This document shows positions 26,989 to 34,286 of a DNA stretch of 64,000 nt, piece by piece. Below the pieces are notes generated by a model. It made no database searches. It was not told the DNA's origin and was given only the letters and a program-made list of their open reading frames with translations. A program made the position numbers and the translations under genes. Origin of the DNA: a virus; the IMG/VR virus record IMGVR_UViG_3300044966_000489. One strand, written 5' to 3'. Position 1 is the first letter of the stretch. Every line of letters starts with the position of its first letter.

Positions 26989-27632
26989 AGAATGTCGTAA
27001 TATTTAGCAAAAAGCATAAGACCGTTTTCTTTTCTTTCGTTAAGTTTGTTAGCTTTTTCCATATACCGCTTCCAATCTTCTTTTTCTTCTATACTCTTTT
27101 CGGAGTTGAAGTCGAAATCCTTGCCTTTAAAAGAAAGACTCTCTGGCAATTCGCACATTTTATCTCCATCAATAATATACTCAAAAGCAAAAATCATTTC
27201 ATCAAGAGCAGCTTCCATTTCTTTGATGCCTTTTTCTTCAGCGGCTGTCTGCTCGTCGCCCTCAAGGAGATGAAAATTGTCTGGTAAGAAACAAACAGGG
27301 ATTCCAGTTTTTCCCTTTTCCTTAAAATACTTAAGGCGAGGCAAAACAAAAAGAGCTATATTATAGCCTAAAGAATAAACATCATCATCAGAAACCCCAT
27401 AGCGAATCTTCTGGTATTTGCATTTTATCCACCACCTAATATTTCCCGGCCAGTATCTGGCTTTCCATGCCAGTCTGAAGGGAACGAGATCAAGCAAAAA
27501 ATCTACATACTTATTGTAAACATATCCATCATCAGAGAACATCTCGTCAAAAACCTTTTCGTTTTCTTCTGCGATTTTTCTCTGTCTAGCAACCTCTTCT
27601 GGAGATCTAAAATCAAATTCTAATTGATGCAT
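26979..27632 (-). CDS. conserved phage hypothetical protein
   Basis: ILPRL..FK, LDEMIFAFE, GL.LFAKYY..LW pattern. Confidence 0.7.
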   Translation of the reverse strand: MHQLEFDFRSPEEVARQRKIAEENEKVFDEMFSDDGYVYNKYVDFLLDLVPFRLAWKARYWPGNIRWWIKCKYQKIRYGVSDDDVYSLGYNIALFVLPRLKYFKEKGKTGIPVCFLPDNFHLLEGDEQTAAEEKGIKEMEAALDEMIFAFEYIIDGDKMCELPESLSFKGKDFDFNSEKSIEEKEDWKRYMEKANKLNERKENGLMLFAKYYDILWI

Positions 27633-28002
27633 TGTAATTGTCTATGTATTTTTTAATGTTTTCTGCACCCACAGGATTCATTGAGTGGACTTCGTATTCT
27701 GGGTGAGGAATGCCTTGATCTTGACAAACCTCAACCAAATACTTAGCACAATCGTAGCCAGTCTTTTCTTTATATTTAGAGTAGTCAATTTTATTAGTTT
27801 CTAGGATGGTTTTAAGATCACGATAGTGCTGCGCCCCAAGATCATGATCATAGCAGATAAAAGCAGGAATGCCCTTTATCTTTATTATATCCCGAAACTG
27901 AAAAAAATCACGGGCAATTGTCCATTCGTATTTTGGAATTTGAACCCATGTGACATCTTCTGGATATCTTATATCGTCTAAAAATATGTAATAACTTTTC
28001 AC
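27613..28002 (-). CDS. cyclic-phosphate-processing receiver-like (cREC) domain protein
   Basis: IFLDDIR, YDHDLG, TGYDCAK, VHSMNPVG; GTG start just downstream of the tRNA. Confidence 0.8.
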   Translation of the reverse strand: MKSYYIFLDDIRYPEDVTWVQIPKYEWTIARDFFQFRDIIKIKGIPAFICYDHDLGAQHYRDLKTILETNKIDYSKYKEKTGYDCAKYLVEVCQDQGIPHPEYEVHSMNPVGAENIKKYIDNYNASIRI

Positions 28003-28008
28003 TTGATA

Positions 28009-28083
28009 TGGAGCCACGCTACGGAATCGAACCGTACTCTGAGGTTTACAAAACCCCTGCATCGCCGACTATGCTTGCGCGGC
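28009..28083 (-). tRNA. tRNA-Thr(TGT)
   Basis: GCCGCGC/GCGTGGC acceptor stem, GGGGT-TTTGTAA-ACCTC anticodon arm, TACGG-TTCGATT-CCGTA T arm, CCA. Confidence 0.9.
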
Positions 28084-28974
28084 AAACTCTTTGAGTTTAA
28101 AGATCGCCAAATCCTTACTCTTCAATTCTATGTCAAAGTCTACATTCTGTCCAAAGTTTTTTGGATGATTAAGCGGCATATCTGCGTGTTTGCGAGAACC
28201 ATCTATGCCTTCAGAATAATGGAACAGGGGTTTAGTAGGCCAAGTGCGATAAGCGTCATTGAAAGCCTCTTCATCAGATTGATCGCCGTGCAGCAAAGAC
28301 TGGTGCAAGGAATCGAATGTAATAGGAATCCCATGTCGCTCATAAAAGTACTTTATAAGATTCTTGATTGACCAAGTGCCATTCTTGTTGTCATTGACCT
28401 CAAGCACCAATCTATCTTTTACACTAGGATTGAGACGATTGTAAACTGAAATAAACTTCTGAGAAAGTTCTTCTGGGTCGCCATCTTGTCTAATATGAAT
28501 GTTGAGAGGAGAGCGGTAATCTTTTGGGCAGTCAAACAGATCAAACAAGAGAGCGTGTTCATTTAGATCTCTGATTGAGTTGTTAATGACTTCTTCTTTC
28601 TGACTGGTGAAGCTTACAAACTCTGGGGGGTGAGCGGAGATTCTGATGCCCGATGTCTTGATCTGATTTTTAATCTTGTCAATAATAGAAAAAATCTCTT
28701 CCGCATCGTTAAGTTCAGTGAGATCAAAATTAAGATCAGGATGACTAAGAAGAGGAGTAATTTCGCTAGAAAGTCGATAAGCTCCGATTTGATTTTCATT
28801 GCAATGAGTTATCGTTTTGAGAGTGATGTTGAAATTATTGAGGATTCTCTTGGAGAGAACCTTCATGCCTTCTTCTCTGCCAAGGGTTTTGAATCTGGTG
28901 TACGTCAGGGTTTGAAATTTCTCGCCCTTTTCGGACAAAACAAGGGAAATGCAGCAAAGTCCATAATTTATCAC
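28069..28974 (-). CDS. uvsE: UV damage repair endonuclease (UVDE)
   Basis: YGLCCIS, YRLSSE..PL.SH, RISAHP, RLVLE.ND, ITFD.LH, HYSEG, HAD, DIELKSKD.A. Confidence 0.92.
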   Translation of the reverse strand: MINYGLCCISLVLSEKGEKFQTLTYTRFKTLGREEGMKVLSKRILNNFNITLKTITHCNENQIGAYRLSSEITPLLSHPDLNFDLTELNDAEEIFSIIDKIKNQIKTSGIRISAHPPEFVSFTSQKEEVINNSIRDLNEHALLFDLFDCPKDYRSPLNIHIRQDGDPEELSQKFISVYNRLNPSVKDRLVLEVNDNKNGTWSIKNLIKYFYERHGIPITFDSLHQSLLHGDQSDEEAFNDAYRTWPTKPLFHYSEGIDGSRKHADMPLNHPKNFGQNVDFDIELKSKDLAIFKLKEFAAQA

Positions 28975-28980
28975 GCCCCC

Positions 28981-29008
28981 ATCCTAGCGGCTCGCAAGAG
29001 GAAAGCAA
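28981..29008 (-). promoter_or_regulatory. sigma70 promoter, leaderless uvsE
   Basis: TTGCTT-16nt-TAGGAT, GTG start 6 nt downstream. Confidence 0.55.
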
Positions 29009-29010
29009 GG

Positions 29011-29238
29011 TCAAAATTCGAAATCTTCTTCTTCCATGCGCTTGATCAAGTTGTCGATTCGGGCAACCTCTGCCCCAGCCTTGTTCTTCAAACAGATAAG
29101 ATTATTTAAATGAAGAAGAGTTTCTTTATCATCCTTTGCTTCATCAAGAAGTTTCATTGTCGCTGCAATTTCCTTCTTCAGCCAAATAGAAGTCTTCTTA
29201 ATCATAAGACACTGATTTTTTGCTTCTCTTTCAGTCAT
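29011..29238 (-). CDS. hypothetical coiled-coil protein
   Basis: 75-aa ORF. Confidence 0.55.
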   Translation of the reverse strand: MTEREAKNQCLMIKKTSIWLKKEIAATMKLLDEAKDDKETLLHLNNLICLKNKAGAEVARIDNLIKRMEEEDFEF

Positions 29239-29687
29239 TTTTCAGCCTTTATTTCTTCTAGGATAGCAAGCAGATCATTATCATAATTACTAATCCAACC
29301 ACTATTAAATCCAGCTTGATCTTTGCAAAGTGTTTTAATCCAACCTTTTGAATTGATTCCTACAGTTTCGTTAAAAACTCCACTCTCCTCGCAAATGAAA
29401 CAGCTTAAAGATTCTGCCGCAGATACATGATTAAAAATTTCTTCGTTGTCAGTTCCAGTGTGGTAAACTCTAAGAGATCCAAATTTTTCTTTAACTTGCA
29501 GAACGATGAAAGAATCTTTCTCCTCTGGCGACTTGTCTTTGTTTATGTAATTGAGAGAGTTTTCAACTCGCAAAAACATCCAATTTAAGATAAAAAACCA
29601 CCCATCAGAGCAATCAAATGAAAGTCCTTTAGAGTCAAAGAACGAGGAGAAACGATTGCAAAGATAATTTTCTAGTTTTGCGTTCAT
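29235..29687 (-). CDS. conserved phage hypothetical protein (QVKEKFG.LR family)
   Basis: DGWF, QVKEKFGSLRVY, CEESG, GWIKTLC. Confidence 0.75.
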   Translation of the reverse strand: MNAKLENYLCNRFSSFFDSKGLSFDCSDGWFFILNWMFLRVENSLNYINKDKSPEEKDSFIVLQVKEKFGSLRVYHTGTDNEEIFNHVSAAESLSCFICEESGVFNETVGINSKGWIKTLCKDQAGFNSGWISNYDNDLLAILEEIKAEK

Positions 29688-29983
29688 ACCTTTTCAGATA
29701 AGTCTTCGATTACAGTATTTGATGTATCCCATTTAAGATACTTAGCTAAACCCATTATATCAAATAATTCATCTTTTGCCCAAAGAATTTCTTTATATGC
29801 GCCAAGGTTAGACTCTCTTTCGCTTATAGATCCCATTGCAGCACAAGAAGAATAATTGTAAGCGAAGTCAACAGAGAAATATTCGTTCTCTGTTTCTCCC
29901 TTCCATATCTCAACTAAAAGTTCTAAATCAGTATTAAAAAATTTCTCCATCAAAGTCAGGCGGCTAATTTTTAATTGCCTCAT
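29684..29983 (-). CDS. hypothetical protein
   Basis: Start MRQLKIS coupled to the upstream stop. Confidence 0.55.
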   Translation of the reverse strand: MRQLKISRLTLMEKFFNTDLELLVEIWKGETENEYFSVDFAYNYSSCAAMGSISERESNLGAYKEILWAKDELFDIMGLAKYLKWDTSNTVIEDLSEKV

Positions 29984-30645
29984 GTACTTAGAAGGATTTT
30001 CTTTTCGTGCTTCACTATTACTTGTGGATGTATCCATACTTTATGACCTTTTTCTTTAGCTTTGAGGCAGAAGCCTACGTCTTCCATGCAGAAGTCGTGA
30101 GCGTTGCCAATATTAAAAAAGATCGGCTGGAACCAAGGATAATCCAAACTCTCAAAAACGCCTTTCTTAATTAAGATAAAACCAAATCCAGTGTAGTCAG
30201 CTACAAAGGGTTCCGTTTTACCCACTACATCTTCTCTCTGAACGAACTTAAAGTAACCATTTTTTTCAAAAAACTTTTCGTCCCAATCGACCACAGTGGC
30301 AAATTGATTTGGCTCTCTTGAACCATTAGTCATTAAGTAAAGACCTGAAGCAATATCCTTCTCCATTTGAAGAAGCCTAATAAAGTCTTGAGGCTTGAAA
30401 ACAATATCGGAATCTATCCAAAGCATATAATCATAATCAAAAGACCCTCCCCAAGGTTTTTGACTCTTGCCAGCTTGGACATTGCCGCCAAGGCACATAT
30501 TCCTTACATAGTAAATGTTACAAGATTCCTTTCTTGAAAGAAATACCTTGATGTTGTTGTGAAGACACCAATGATAAAATTCTAGAAAAGAATCAAAAAA
30601 AGACCCGGAAAAGTTATTTCCGGGGATGCAGATAACTAACTTCAT
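29980..30645 (-). CDS. GT-A fold (GT2-like) glycosyltransferase
   Basis: YDYMLWIDSDIVF, YTGFGFILIK.GVFE, MEDVGFC, V.HEK. Confidence 0.8.
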   Translation of the reverse strand: MKLVICIPGNNFSGSFFDSFLEFYHWCLHNNIKVFLSRKESCNIYYVRNMCLGGNVQAGKSQKPWGGSFDYDYMLWIDSDIVFKPQDFIRLLQMEKDIASGLYLMTNGSREPNQFATVVDWDEKFFEKNGYFKFVQREDVVGKTEPFVADYTGFGFILIKKGVFESLDYPWFQPIFFNIGNAHDFCMEDVGFCLKAKEKGHKVWIHPQVIVKHEKKILLST

Positions 30646-30653
30646 AATAAGAA

Positions 30654-30800
30654 TTACTTCTTCGGCTTCTTCTTATCTTGAGTCAGGCAAATCGCAACAC
30701 GTTGCTTTGGATTTGGATATTCGTCCTTTGGAATGTCGGTCATACAACGTCCCATGAACTTTTTTGAGTCTTCACCTTTGCGTTTATTTGGTATTGGCAT
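30654..30800 (-). CDS. small conserved phage protein (not in ORF track)
   Basis: MPIPNKRKGEDSKKFMGRCM...EYPNQKQRVAIC, 48 aa. Confidence 0.6.
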   Translation of the reverse strand: MPIPNKRKGEDSKKFMGRCMTDIPKDEYPNPKQRVAICLTQDKKKPKK

Positions 30801-30801
30801 A

Positions 30802-30963
30802 TTATTTAATTTTGATTTTTAACTGCAAATTTTTATTTGATTTTTCTTGGATGTAATTTTTTGCTGCGGCTTTTCCTTCTTTTGTATGAGGGAAAGCTCC
30901 GTAAGTGTAATTATTTTTCTTTGAAATTACAATATAGAATTTTTCACGTTTTAGTTTTGGCAT
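30802..30963 (-). CDS. small basic protein (not in ORF track)
   Basis: MPKLKREKFYIVISKKNNYTYGAFPHTKEG..., 53 aa. Confidence 0.55.
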   Translation of the reverse strand: MPKLKREKFYIVISKKNNYTYGAFPHTKEGKAAAKNYIQEKSNKNLQLKIKIK

Positions 30964-31231
30964 TTTTTCCCTTTTCCTTTTTTTCTACCTTGTCGATCTT
31001 AATGAGAAGATCTTCAATTTTCTTTTCTTCTATTTTCTTACGAGCCAAAAAAGTGCCAAGCTTATGACGAAGATCTTCTAATTCACTTTCGTTTTCTAAA
31101 GAGAAATCTTGTTTTTCAAGATCGTCTATTTTTTGGATAATCTTAGATGTTTGATTAATCCACCAATTGGTGCTTTTCTGAAGTAAAATAGCTTCTCTAA
31201 AAATTTCATTCTCTTCAGCAGTCATATTCAA
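30944..31231 (-). CDS. hypothetical coiled-coil protein
   Basis: ~95-aa ORF after a GTGTAA motif. Confidence 0.6.
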   Translation of the reverse strand: MNMTAEENEIFREAILLQKSTNWWINQTSKIIQKIDDLEKQDFSLENESELEDLRHKLGTFLARKKIEEKKIEDLLIKIDKVEKKEKGKNAKTKT

Positions 31232-31243
31232 TTACATCTTATA

Positions 31244-31249
31244 TTACAC
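31244..31249 (-). promoter_or_regulatory. phage-specific GTGTAA promoter motif
   Basis: GTGTAATATA in the intergenic gap. Confidence 0.55.
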
Positions 31250-31266
31250 ATTCTATTTTATCGTGT

Positions 31267-31926
31267 TTATTTGGCTAACTCTGGCTCATTCTTGAACTCA
31301 TAATACATAAGTTCTTCATCGCCAGCAGTCCACTTATAAGCAAGCCCTTCGCAAGAGAACTCATGTCCGAAAGGTTTCCAATTTTTTGCCTCTAGAGGAA
31401 GCGGGGAACCAATAAATGCTCCTGAATCTCTCCAAACTATTCTGTTGTTTGGTTGAGCGAACATTTGTCCCCCTTCTCCCCAGAAGATGTGAGCGCATTT
31501 ATGTCCAGCAGATATCTCAGAATAACCTAAATTATAATCATCACCATTACACCAATCAATCGTGAAGCAATATTTGCCAACGTGTTTACTTTTATCTTTC
31601 AAAAGTATATAAGCAGAAGCATTTTTTAAATAATCAAATCTCTGAATAGTGAAATAGTAACTAAAACTATCCCACAATTGCAACCAATGTAATTCGTAAT
31701 CAGTAGTTGGGTTGGCATCAAAGGACAAGTAGTGAATTGGAACCCTTGCGAACTGTGCGCCAAACTCACTCATCACATTAAACATTAAACATCTCTTAGG
31801 TATTGAAACCACAGAGAATATCTCAACAGGAATCCATTCGTTCATGGTCCTAGGTTTTGCATTATGAAGAAAGGAAACGTCAAGGTATCCAATCTGAACT
31901 GGTATTGATGAACTTAGATAACTCAT
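31267..31926 (-). CDS. conserved phage hypothetical protein
   Basis: GAQFARVPI, QLWDSFSY, YCFTIDW, HKCAH, QPNNRI motifs. Confidence 0.75.
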   Translation of the reverse strand: MSYLSSSIPVQIGYLDVSFLHNAKPRTMNEWIPVEIFSVVSIPKRCLMFNVMSEFGAQFARVPIHYLSFDANPTTDYELHWLQLWDSFSYYFTIQRFDYLKNASAYILLKDKSKHVGKYCFTIDWCNGDDYNLGYSEISAGHKCAHIFWGEGGQMFAQPNNRIVWRDSGAFIGSPLPLEAKNWKPFGHEFSCEGLAYKWTAGDEELMYYEFKNEPELAK

Positions 31927-31955
31927 AAAATAAAAACCCCGCCCGAAGGCGGAGA
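31926..31955 (-). terminator. intrinsic terminator after hsp20
   Basis: CCGCC-TTCG-GGCGG followed by GGTTTTTATTTT. Confidence 0.8.
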
Positions 31956-31960
31956 GTAAC

Positions 31961-32299
31961 TTAGGTTACTTTAACTTTCTTCGGCTGATAGGCTCCCTTA
32001 ACAGGAACCGACAAAGTAAGCAGTCCGTTCTCAGCAGAAGCTTTCAAAAGAGAAGCGTCCGCTGCGGAAGGAATCCATAGCGAAGCTTCAGCTTTCCTCT
32101 TCGCGTTAGAGGCTTTAACTGTGACTAAATCGCCAATCTCATCTCTCTTTACTGTAATATCTAAATCTTCTTTACTGAAACCCGGCACTTCAATTTCAGA
32201 AACATATTCGTTGCTCATTTTGTCTAGCACGAATGAATCTTTATTGTAAAGATCTAGTTTTTGAGTTTGACCATTGCTTGATTGAATATAGTATATCAT
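31961..32299 (-). CDS. small heat-shock protein (Hsp20/alpha-crystallin)
   Basis: EIEVPGFSKEDLDI, ASAENGLLTLSVP, PKKVKV. Confidence 0.85.
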   Translation of the reverse strand: MIYYIQSSNGQTQKLDLYNKDSFVLDKMSNEYVSEIEVPGFSKEDLDITVKRDEIGDLVTVKASNAKRKAEASLWIPSAADASLLKASAENGLLTLSVPVKGAYQPKKVKVT

Positions 32300-32313
32300 A
32301 GAGTTTTTCCTCT

Positions 32314-32330
32314 AGCAAAAACTGTGCCAA
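32314..32330 (-). promoter_or_regulatory. sigma54 (RpoN) -24/-12 promoter of hsp20
   Basis: TTGGCAC-AGTTT-TTGCT matches TGGCAC-N5-TTGCW; predicted +1 near 32303. Confidence 0.75.
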
Positions 32331-32357
32331 CTTTAAAAGCCGCCTTTTTACTGCTTA

Positions 32358-32399
32358 TTTGAGACATTCTGAGACAAAATTAGCTGTCACAGTGACAGA
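32358..32399. promoter_or_regulatory. candidate enhancer-binding-protein sites upstream of the sigma54 promoter
   Basis: Perfect inverted repeat CTGTCAC-A-GTGACAG and tandem TGAGACA x2. Confidence 0.5.
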
Positions 32400-32400
32400 G

Positions 32401-32886
32401 TTACACTCCTGTACTTCCAAATCCGCCCGTTCTTTCGGTTGTAGACAAAGATTCAACCTGCTGCCAATCAACAGCATGATACTTTTCAATAATTAATTGA
32501 GCGATCCGATCTCCAGCTTTAATATTAAAATCAAAATTTGAACCAGCAATGTTTGGAGTAAGCCCCATCATGCTTGCAAGATCAATACTTAGATTCATTA
32601 ATACAACTTTAACTTCTCCACGATAGCTAGAGTCTACAACGCCAGCAAGGACATCAATGCCATTCTTAACTGCCAATCCGCTGCGAGGAGCAATTCTTGC
32701 ATAATACCCTTGAGGCACTTCGATTGAAAGACCAGTGCTAACCAAAGCGCGACTCATTGGCTTGATCCTTACGCTCTCAGTTGCATAAAGATCGTAACCA
32801 GCATCTCCAGTCTTTTGACGAGACGGGACAATTGCTAGATTGTTTAGTTTAACGAATTTAACTGGGACTATTGTTTCTATATCCAT
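32401..32886 (-). CDS. dut: trimeric dUTPase
   Basis: AGYDL, RIAPRSGLA, GVVDSSYRGE, GDRIAQL, RTGGFGSTG. Confidence 0.97.
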   Translation of the reverse strand: MDIETIVPVKFVKLNNLAIVPSRQKTGDAGYDLYATESVRIKPMSRALVSTGLSIEVPQGYYARIAPRSGLAVKNGIDVLAGVVDSSYRGEVKVVLMNLSIDLASMMGLTPNIAGSNFDFNIKAGDRIAQLIIEKYHAVDWQQVESLSTTERTGGFGSTGV

Positions 32887-33335
32887 AATTGTAAATGAGA
32901 TTTAATTTTAGAAAAACTTTCGGGATTCAATTCCTTATAGTAAATTTTGTAATATTCAAATATTTCTTTGAACTTATTACATTGATCGTATTCCTTAATA
33001 TAAAATACTCTTTGAATTTCATGAGAAACTATATCCTTCGCGCAAGCGAAGCAAGGCGATATCGTCAAACATATAGTATCTGCATCTCCTTTTCTTATCA
33101 AAGACAAAGCGTTGGTTTCTGCATGGAGCATTATTTCGCGCTTCTTAGGACGATTTTTCTCCTCCTTCATCCAGTCTTTAACAGGGAAGCCTTTTTTAAG
33201 ACCGTTGTATCCTGTTGAAATTATTCTGCCCTCTTTATTTAAGATGCAAGCTCCAACCTTGGTGTGCGGATCTTCACTTCTAGACGAAGCAGCAAGAGCC
33301 ATCATGCACCCGTACTCATGCCAAGAAAGTCTCAT
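32877..33335 (-). CDS. dCMP deaminase
   Basis: RSEDPHTKVGACI, TGYNG, HAETNAL, SPCFACAK; start MRLSW at 33335. Confidence 0.92.
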   Translation of the reverse strand: MRLSWHEYGCMMALAASSRSEDPHTKVGACILNKEGRIISTGYNGLKKGFPVKDWMKEEKNRPKKREIMLHAETNALSLIRKGDADTICLTISPCFACAKDIVSHEIQRVFYIKEYDQCNKFKEIFEYYKIYYKELNPESFSKIKSHLQLWI

Positions 33336-33342
33336 GGAAAGT

Positions 33343-33407
33343 ATTCTCGCTGGAGCAAAACAAAAGATCAAGTTTATTTGGACCTTTTTCTGGCATTCTT
33401 GTATCAT
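33343..33407. promoter_or_regulatory. divergent sigma70 promoter pair at the strand switch
   Basis: Minus: TTGATC-17-GAGAAT (33371-33343); plus: TGGACC-17-TATCAT (33379-33407); both lie 5-7 nt from an ATG. Confidence 0.55.
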
Positions 33408-33412
33408 TGATT

Positions 33413-33832
33413 ATGACAATCGCTGATGCTTCAATTAAGTTATACCAATGGTATTTTAAAAATGATAGTTTTTGTGAAAATAATTTTATAAAGATTCTTG
33501 AGATTTCTGAACAACCAGAATCTGAAAGAGCTTGCATTTTATGCGCCCTTGAGGAATTTGAGAAAAATGGAGTCGTAAAGAAAGCCGTCTTTAATGAAAA
33601 TAATTATTGGATTCTTTCTAAGAAGTTCGATGCTTATGAACAGAATATCACAATCTCTCCTAAAACTGCTTTCGTAATCGCAGAAATTATTAATTCTTAC
33701 TGCACTTTAATTGAAAATGAATCTGAAAGATGCAACCCTGCTTCAGTCAGCGAGAAGGACATCAAGAACCTTCTGGTGATTTTCAACGAGATGCGCGAAA
33801 AGATTTTTGACAAAACCAAAAACCCTGAATAG
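33413..33832 (+). CDS. hypothetical protein, possible winged-helix DNA-binding protein
   Basis: First plus-strand gene; ALEEFEKNGVVKK...YWIL resembles a wHTH recognition helix and wing. Confidence 0.65.
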   Translation: MTIADASIKLYQWYFKNDSFCENNFIKILEISEQPESERACILCALEEFEKNGVVKKAVFNENNYWILSKKFDAYEQNITISPKTAFVIAEIINSYCTLIENESERCNPASVSEKDIKNLLVIFNEMREKIFDKTKNPE

Positions 33833-33835
33833 GAT
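33807..33835 (+). promoter_or_regulatory. sigma70 promoter driving the non-coding element
   Basis: TTGACA(33807-12)-17nt-TAGGAT(33830-35); +1 about 33841. Confidence 0.75.
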
Positions 33836-33840
33836 GAGCT

Positions 33841-34165
33841 AGTTCTTTGTCTGGGTGAATAGCCTACTGGGGATATCCCAGTTTGAACGCATCAGAGACA
33901 TCAGGCCCGTAAAAAGACCCTAGTCAACTGGATCTAAGAAATCCAACGCCATTTCGGGAAAAGGCGACGTTCCGCAAGGAGAAGACTTTGAAAAGCTGAA
34001 ACCTCATTTTTCTCAAAAGAAAAAGCTGGCAGTTCGTCCTAAGAGAAATCCCACCCGTGAAGACAAAGAACTTAAACAAAGAGTTAGTCATTAGCTAGGC
34101 TCTCTTGAGAGGGCCGAAAGCCTGAGAAGCAGGTTGCGAAGGATTGAAATGGGTAACTCTTGATT
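33841..34165 (+). ncRNA. candidate large structured non-coding RNA (unassigned family)
   Basis: 12-bp closing helix 33841-52/34061-72, several internal hairpins, second domain closed by 34079-92/34148-61; no ORF; starts at predicted TSS. Confidence 0.65.
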
Positions 34166-34249
34166 ATTTTAAAACTCTATAATTATTTTTAGAGATGACA
34201 GCCTTTTCCTATTTTAACTCAAAGAAAAATCATAAAGCTGGCAGTTCTC

Positions 34250-34278
34250 TTTACAAACACATCTCTTCTGAATACTAT
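34250..34278 (+). promoter_or_regulatory. sigma70 promoter, near-leaderless
   Basis: TTTACA-17nt-TACTAT, ATG 8 nt downstream. Confidence 0.65.
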
Positions 34279-34286
34279 GTTTTACT

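Noticed and set aside
28003-28062. N-terminal extension of ORF 27613..28062
   Set aside because: It is read through tRNA-Thr; the domain begins at the GTG at 28002.
31043-31060. Second sigma54-like site (TGGCAC-TTTTT-GGCT)
   Set aside because: Inside a CDS, the -12 element and spacing deviate, and no enhancer-like repeats are nearby.
32300-32400. CIRCE/HrcA operator upstream of hsp20
   Set aside because: TTAGCACTC-N9-GAGTGCTAA is not matched; the sequence fits a sigma54 -24/-12 element instead.
33841-34165. Identity of the structured element as tmRNA, RNase P RNA, SRP RNA or a group I intron
   Set aside because: No tRNA-like GGGG.../TTCGA..CCA ends, no GAGGAAAGTCC RNase P core, no SRP GGAA/AGCAG domain in the proper context, and it interrupts no gene. 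A covariance search is still needed.
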